From Azolla caroliniana (Eukaryota; Plantae; Polypodiophyta): a stretch of DNA of 64,000 bases. The position numbers and the translations under genes were made by a program. The stretch lies in contig JBHGNT010000022.1 of the NCBI GenBank assembly GCA_043228905.1, forward strand, positions 5,766,001-5,830,000, in the 5' to 3' direction. Below are positions 57,729-64,000 of this stretch, one piece after another; the stretch's first letter is position 1; every line of letters starts with the position of its first letter. Below the pieces are notes generated by a model. The model was not told the origin of the DNA. It searched no databases and saw only the letters and a program-made list of their open reading frames with translations.

Positions 57729-60700
57729 TCCATCCCCACCAAACCTGTACATCCTCCGATATGTGCCAATGATTGTTAGTTTAAACCTCGAAGTCTAGAG
57801 GTTCGATTTCAGGATTTGTGGTCTCTCTTCTCTTAAAGATCTTGATTCTCGTCCTTGCAATCGGCAAAGCAAGTCGAATTCTATCTAACTCCGCTATAAA
57901 ATAGGTTGCATTTTTTTCTATTTCCTTAACCACGTATGGGCCAAACCATCATTTCACGAACTTTCGAGTAGTGCTATGCTGATTTTCAAGGCTGCTATCA
58001 TAGATAAGTACCCAATCTCCTTCAATTTTTCTTAGATGAAGATGATGCTTTTTATCAAAATTCTCCTTTTTCCTCAATCGAGTCTCACGTAACCGTTCTA
58101 TTGCAAACTCAACATCTTTGGGTCTCCGCTCTAATTGTTGGATCCTTGTATCTAGCAAGTCTTCTCGACTCATCTCCTCTTGCTATGGCAAAGCCGTCCA
58201 TGAGGTAACACTTTGCTCGGTAGACATGATTGGTTTTTGCCCTAATATGAGCTTAGACGACATATATCTAGTAGTTGTGCTATGTGTAGTTCTATCAGCC
58301 CACAATGCATATGGTAATAATCGTGGCCAGTCAGTCCCCCATCTTCCCATCGCAAGCCTTTGCTAGAGGTTTTACAATCGGGCTATGTCCCCGCTCCACC
58401 TTTCTATTTGCCTCCAGGTTGTATGCCATGGTAAGTGATAATTTGACGCCTATCCTTGAGAAAAACTCCTTAGCTTCATTTGCATCTAATTCTCCTCTAT
58501 TGGCTACTATTTTGCTGACACATACGTATCAACAAATAACATCTTCAAGAAGAAACTTGCAAACCGCCAAAGTTGTTTTATTCCTTAGTGCCCGACCTTC
58601 TACTTGGTTGGTGAGATCCTCTCTTGCTAACACGAGGTATCTCATTTGCCACAATCCCATTGGCATAACCACTATGTCTACCAACCACTTATACTGCATT
58701 GATAATGGATATGTCAGATGAAGTTCTTCCCTATGTTGAACATTTGAGTATAATTGGCATTGCGCACATGTTTCAACATAGCTTGCTACATCTTTGTAAA
58801 CACCCGACCACCAATACTTCTTCTTGAGGTTTGCAAAAGTTGCCCATATACCTCGATGACCTGCCCACACACTATCGTGAAATTCAGCAATTAGTGTTTG
58901 TTGATCTTGTTTCTTGCACACCACTCGAAGTGGAGTTCCATTCTTCCTCTTTGGAAACTTCCATAGATGTCCTTCTTTGAGGAAGAACTTGTAGGCCTTC
59001 TTCCTAATTCGGTAGAAGTCTTCCTTTGATCATGATTCATCCTTTGTAAGAGAGCTTAAGTACTTGCCAATTTCAATGAATTCACCCTCATAATCTTCTA
59101 CTTTAAACACTGCTAGCACCCGAGCACAAGAAACCGTAAAGAAGTTTAGGCCAACATCCTCTTCATCGGAGCACGGATCTTCTTCACCCTCGTACCTTGC
59201 CATTGACAACATATCGGCCACCACATTATGTTTGCCAGTTATATGTCGAATCTCGGGGTTGAGCGACTTGATATAGGAAATCCATCGTAGCACAACCAGA
59301 TATCATCCCGAGAATAGGTAGACAATCGGTTTCAATTATGACTTCCGTTCCGATAAGGTAGTCACGATCGGTTTTAACTGCGGATACTATCCCCCATAGC
59401 TCTCTCTTTACTTGGGCGTACTTTCTTTTTCTTTCGGTCAATACCTTTGCACCGAATCGGTTTGCATACCGATTTTTGTCGTTGTCTTCTTGGTTAACCA
59501 CCCATTCAATGCCGGTTGGGCTCGTATCCACTGCCACATATATCGGGGTATCTTCGGTGTAGTCGGCTTTGCGCAATGCTGGAGCTTCCAATAATAGCTT
59601 CTTCAACTTTTGAACCGCGTAGGTATGCTCGTCTTCCCATTCAAACTTCTTCCTTTTCTTTAGTAGTCCATACAATGGTTCAACGACATGGGCATAGTGT
59701 GGAATCCATATGTGGTAGAACGCACATGCTCCCAAGAATCTTGTCACCTATGTTTGGGACTCACACTCCTCTTTCATCTCTTGGATAGCATTCACCTTGG
59801 ATGGAGATGGCTTACGGCCATAAGATCCACACAAGTGTCCTACTACCAATATTTCTGGTTGACCAAATGTAGGCTTCTCTCCCGAAAACGTGTGATTTGC
59901 ATCCTCAAGCTTTTGCAACACCTTCTCACTATCCTTGATATGATCGATGATGAATCTTCGGCAACCATCTTCATCTTTTGATTCATCTTTTTCTTCCACC
60001 AAGCATCCTTTGATCGGAATGTCATCTAAGAAGGGAATTGTGATATCATGAATACAATCCTTTAACACTTTGTTCATGGCATTCACCATGTGAGCTACGA
60101 AATTTGTCGCACCTTGGGGTATGGTGCACATCCTTACCAGCCTAATCAGTGTCCTCATTGTTGTAATGTCTCTACTATCGACTGAAAATTAAAATTGATC
60201 ATAGCCCGAGTAGAGATCACCAATGGAATAGATTGATCTTCCCGCGAAGGCTTCAACAAATTCATCTACGCTTGGACCAATTCTGGCATTTCGGATCGTC
60301 ACCTTGTTGACGGGTTGGAGATCTTGAATAAAACGTAAGGACCCATTCTTCTTCGGTACCATAAACCATCTATTGGATTTGGGAGCATTGGATGACTCAA
60401 GAATTCCCATCCTAACCTTTTCCTTTAGAAGCTTAATCAACTTTGGAATGTGAGCTCTTGGAACTGGTATCGGCTTGAGGTTCCAAGGTACATGTGGCAC
60501 TGTAAATATCACCATCAGCTCTATCATCTTTGGGTCGGCACATCCGATTTCTTGTGGAGAGAAGGCAAAGGCTTTCCCATGTCTCTCAAGCATCATCCTA
60601 AACCTTTCTTCTTCTTCGGGGAGAAGGAAGTCATCCTTCTTGACTTGGAGTTTCCCTCTTGATTCATTGGAAAAGGTATGTCCTATCCCTTTTGGGTCTC

Positions 60701-63360
60701 TGAGACTTGGATCCTTGGTAACTTCTTTCATCCTTTGCCAACTATCCTCTGGTAACGGAATAACTACTGGCTTGACCTTCTTATCTACTGGCTTATATTT
60801 TGTGTTTACTTTGGCCAACTCCTCCATGACCCCTCGTCGACATTCGTCGATGGCGGTATACATGTTGATGGAGTTGACTTGAATCATATGTTGATCATGA
60901 GGGCTCAAGTTCACGATACTCTCTATTTCTCCGATTGTATCGTTAAATGAGGCTTCCTCCATGACCCATGATATGTTGTCTTCTTCTTCTAATATTCCTT
61001 GTTCTTTTAGCCAATGTTCAAAGTTTTGAACTTGGCGCTTCTCTCTCTCATTGAGTGTAGTCATCCCACACACACCATTAGGTGCTAAATATAGTTTTCC
61101 TTCTTGCTTCTTTCTTCTTTTTGAGGACTTACTTTTTCTCGAACTATCTCTGCCCCATTCTTCAATAGTCAGTGTTAAAAATCCGAGGCCTCATCTCTAA
61201 GGCTATCTCGGTTCCTCTCATGATTAGCTCATACTGTCAAGAATTGAACCGACTTTTGACCATCAAGACTCTTCACCCGAGCGAATGCTGCTCCACTATC
61301 GAACACCTTAGTCTCCATCCTTGATGATGTTATGTAGGGTTGTCCAAGAATCACTAAATGGGAAGACAAATCTTGCACAAAAAAGTGTTGGTCGATCTCT
61401 ACATCCCCGATTGTTACTTGAATGTTGGGACATGCTCTATAAAGATCTTCTGTTGCCTTCGTCGCCGCACGAATCTTCCATCCATGGTTCGTGTTGATAG
61501 GCCATCTTCCCTTCTTGTAGAAATCCGTCGACATGAGGTTAATCTCTCATCTATGGTCTATAAGAGCCACAACCGTCTCTTTCTTCTCTCCAATGTTCAC
61601 CGGAGTTTCCGTTGCCACCCTCGCCCAATGGGGTCGTGTATATTGATTGTCCACTAGATCTTCTTCTTTCTCTTCTATTCTTGCCATAGTTATAGCATTG
61701 GTTGTCACCTTTGTTGAAATTCCCTCTTCCTCATCCACTTGTTGTCTTTTACGTTTGATAAGATCGACGATGGTCTCATGGAACTCCTTCTTTTAAATTC
61801 CAAGTAGTTCTCTCGATGTAAGGTCAATACGGCTATTGAGCACTCTTTCTTCAAGAACCTTCCTTAAGCTAGTTGTTTGTTCAATATCCGACCTTAATTT
61901 GTATGTTGGCGTCGATATATCCTTCCCCTTCTTGGCATTCTCTTCAATGGGTTGAGTCGGTTCCTCGACTCTCTTGTTTGAGCTTCCATCTTCTTGACGT
62001 GTGGTCTTGCTCATCTCTTCCTTCTTTTTAAAGCTTCTTGTGTCATGTTTCTTAGAAGGGCCTTCATCTAGATCCGTCCTCTTCCGCTTCACATCTACAA
62101 ACACTTCGCATCTGACCTCTATAGAGATCGTGTTGTTATCAACCGGATCCGCCCATCCCGGTAAGGTCTCGTACATGAAGGTTGGCTAGCTTTGCATCAT
62201 CCGAATTAATCTTCCCTTTCTTTTTTCGTATTCGAGGATGGTCGACCAAAACCCCATTCCCGGTTTAATCATTCCAAGCTTCTCCTTCCTGATTCTTATA
62301 CCGGCGGATGCCAGCATAGTGTATAGCTTCAACATGGCTTGCATCGGCCTCATCCATGTTTTTCTTTAGACCCCCCCCTACCAAACTTCACTTGCAAGGG
62401 CTTTCAAGTATCCCTTGAGTGTATAATGTTGCCTTCCATATAGACGAAGTTTTGTCGAATTGCCTCTTGGTGGCTAGCACAATCTTTCCTTACATGATCA
62501 ACACTATCACACCATACACATCTGTATGGGTCTTTCCTCTTCGGCCATCTACGACTCATATTATCTAACGAAATCGCTTCGAATTTTCGTGTCAATTCTT
62601 CAATGACAGAGTTCTCCATCGCTCTTTCGATCGGCTCGCTTTGCTTTGTCATCTCAGTTGCTATTGGAGCCTTCTTTGGACTACCGGGCCCGCCATGTCC
62701 GAATCATCTAGCCATCGACAACGTTTGTCAAATAGATCATATGATCTTCTTACCGCAACCCAATCCGTTATGAGAGACCATTGGGTTGTGCTTCGTCCTC
62801 TAATAGACTACCTAGTTCTCGTCTATCTTTTGCATCCACTGCCTTTAAGAAGTACAAAACTTTATCTCCATCGAGAAGTGTTTGGTCGGTTCTCGGGAGA
62901 CGGTTGTACATTTAGTCAAATTCAGTGTACACTCCCCATGTGTTCATGTTATTCCCCTTCTTCTAGATCCACTTCATCAATGTATGACGAGTCATCCTCG
63001 ATGCATTTTCAAGCATATATTCAGCCAAAAGCGCCCTTTCAAATCCCACCCATGTTGTTTGGGCGGCTTGAATCTCCCTTATACGGCCTTGTAACCCAAT
63101 TGCTACGACATGCTTGAAGCTTGATATTTGCTTCTCTTCGATGACATCACGTTGTTGCATCTCCGTCTTGTATGTAACGAGAAAATCCGTAATGTTTCTT
63201 CCACCAAATTGGCATGTTATCTCAACAGTTCAGTCGATGGCCTTGTCTAAGCTTGCATCATTATCTCAAGCCCTCATCATATGATCGACAATAGCCACCA
63301 ACTTTGCCACTTCGTTAGCTTGGGTGTTTGTTGAAGAAGCCATCTTCTAACCTTCTATTT
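57729..63360 (-). pseudogene. Ty3/gypsy gag-pol (non-chromovirus, seed-free-plant/fungal-like RT), degenerate
   Basis: Gag CVWCDSVDH; PR IDH(R*)EINLM..ILGQP; RT PHVPWNLKPIPVP..NRWFMVPKKNGSLRFIQDL..PQGATN..PFLDD; RNH VDTSPTG; INT HDSVWAGH..C..C. Confidence 0.92.
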
Positions 63361-64000
63361 TGTTAAAGATTGCTTGCGAAAGCGTTAGAAAGAACAGTAC
63401 ACAAAGAGAGAGAGAGAGAGTACTTGGGAGAGACAGAGAGAGAGAGACACACACACACTATTTTCCAAAATTATATGAATACTCTGTGCTCTATGTATCT
63501 ACAACGCGCTCATCAGTGCTATTTATACAAGTCCACACGGGACTATTAGAAGTACGATGTACTTCAATGCTCACACGAGCATCTGACACTAACTATGAGA
63601 CTATGAATGCCTAGTAGTCTAACCTATACTAGGCTTCCAGTTACGGATTGGATCCGGCATACTGGCTCCCCAGCTCACCGGTCCTTACTGTTTACTGGCT
63701 CAGTTGCTCACCGGCATACCGATTCATCTCGCTTACTGGCTCAGGCTTATTCAGCCGATCCGGCTCCGGTTGAGCTTGCCACTCAACACTCCCCCTCAAG
63801 CTCAACCTGAGGTAGAGTCGTAGTGTCAACCTCTGTGGCAGCCGGTTCTTCCAACCGACTTCTCCTAGTGTCGCTTCGCCTAGCTCGCGCTCCTTGTCCG
63901 GTCCGGTCCCGTTTGCCACGAACCCTTTGGTTCTGTGCACCTCGACCTTCGGCATGTCAGCTCAATAGGCCCATCTCAGCTCCTTCGCTGCTATGACTCC
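63361..64000 (-). mobile_element. 3' LTR (63361-63788) and 3' end of another LTR element, probably Copia, running off the window
   Basis: TGTTA...TCAACA followed by CTCCCCCTCAAG (reverse of PPT CTTGAGGGGGAG); interrupts the Gypsy leader relative to 56110-56125. Confidence 0.8.

Overview
Plant nuclear DNA, probably from a seed-free land plant (inferred from the retroelement lineages), about 95% nested LTR retrotransposons. The only host gene is the first coding exon and 5' region of an ATG18f/g/h-like autophagy gene (minus strand, 6246-6428); a degenerate Copia element (1-5108) lies in its first intron. Left block (10.5-24 kb): a five-layer nest of Copia > chromovirus solo LTR > Copia > Copia > hAT MITE, plus further solo LTRs. 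Right block (24.4-64 kb): a tandem pair of tRNA-Trp-primed Ty3/gypsy elements sharing a central LTR. Their left LTR is split by a 29.5-kb chromovirus locus (TSD CTCAC). That chromovirus contains a Copia solo LTR, a solo LTR with a 4-bp TSD, a young near-intact Copia (49822-55159) and a 15.7-kb tRNA-Asp-primed non-chromovirus Gypsy (29301-45046). The 15.7-kb element is the most unusual object. It has four Gag zinc knuckles and a second aspartic-protease domain fused in frame after integrase, followed by a duplicated 96-aa module. It also has a ~4-kb accessory ORF preceded by an array of ~18 hairpin repeats and a splice acceptor. Boundaries were read by eye from TG..CA ends, TSDs, PBS and PPT; no database searches were run.
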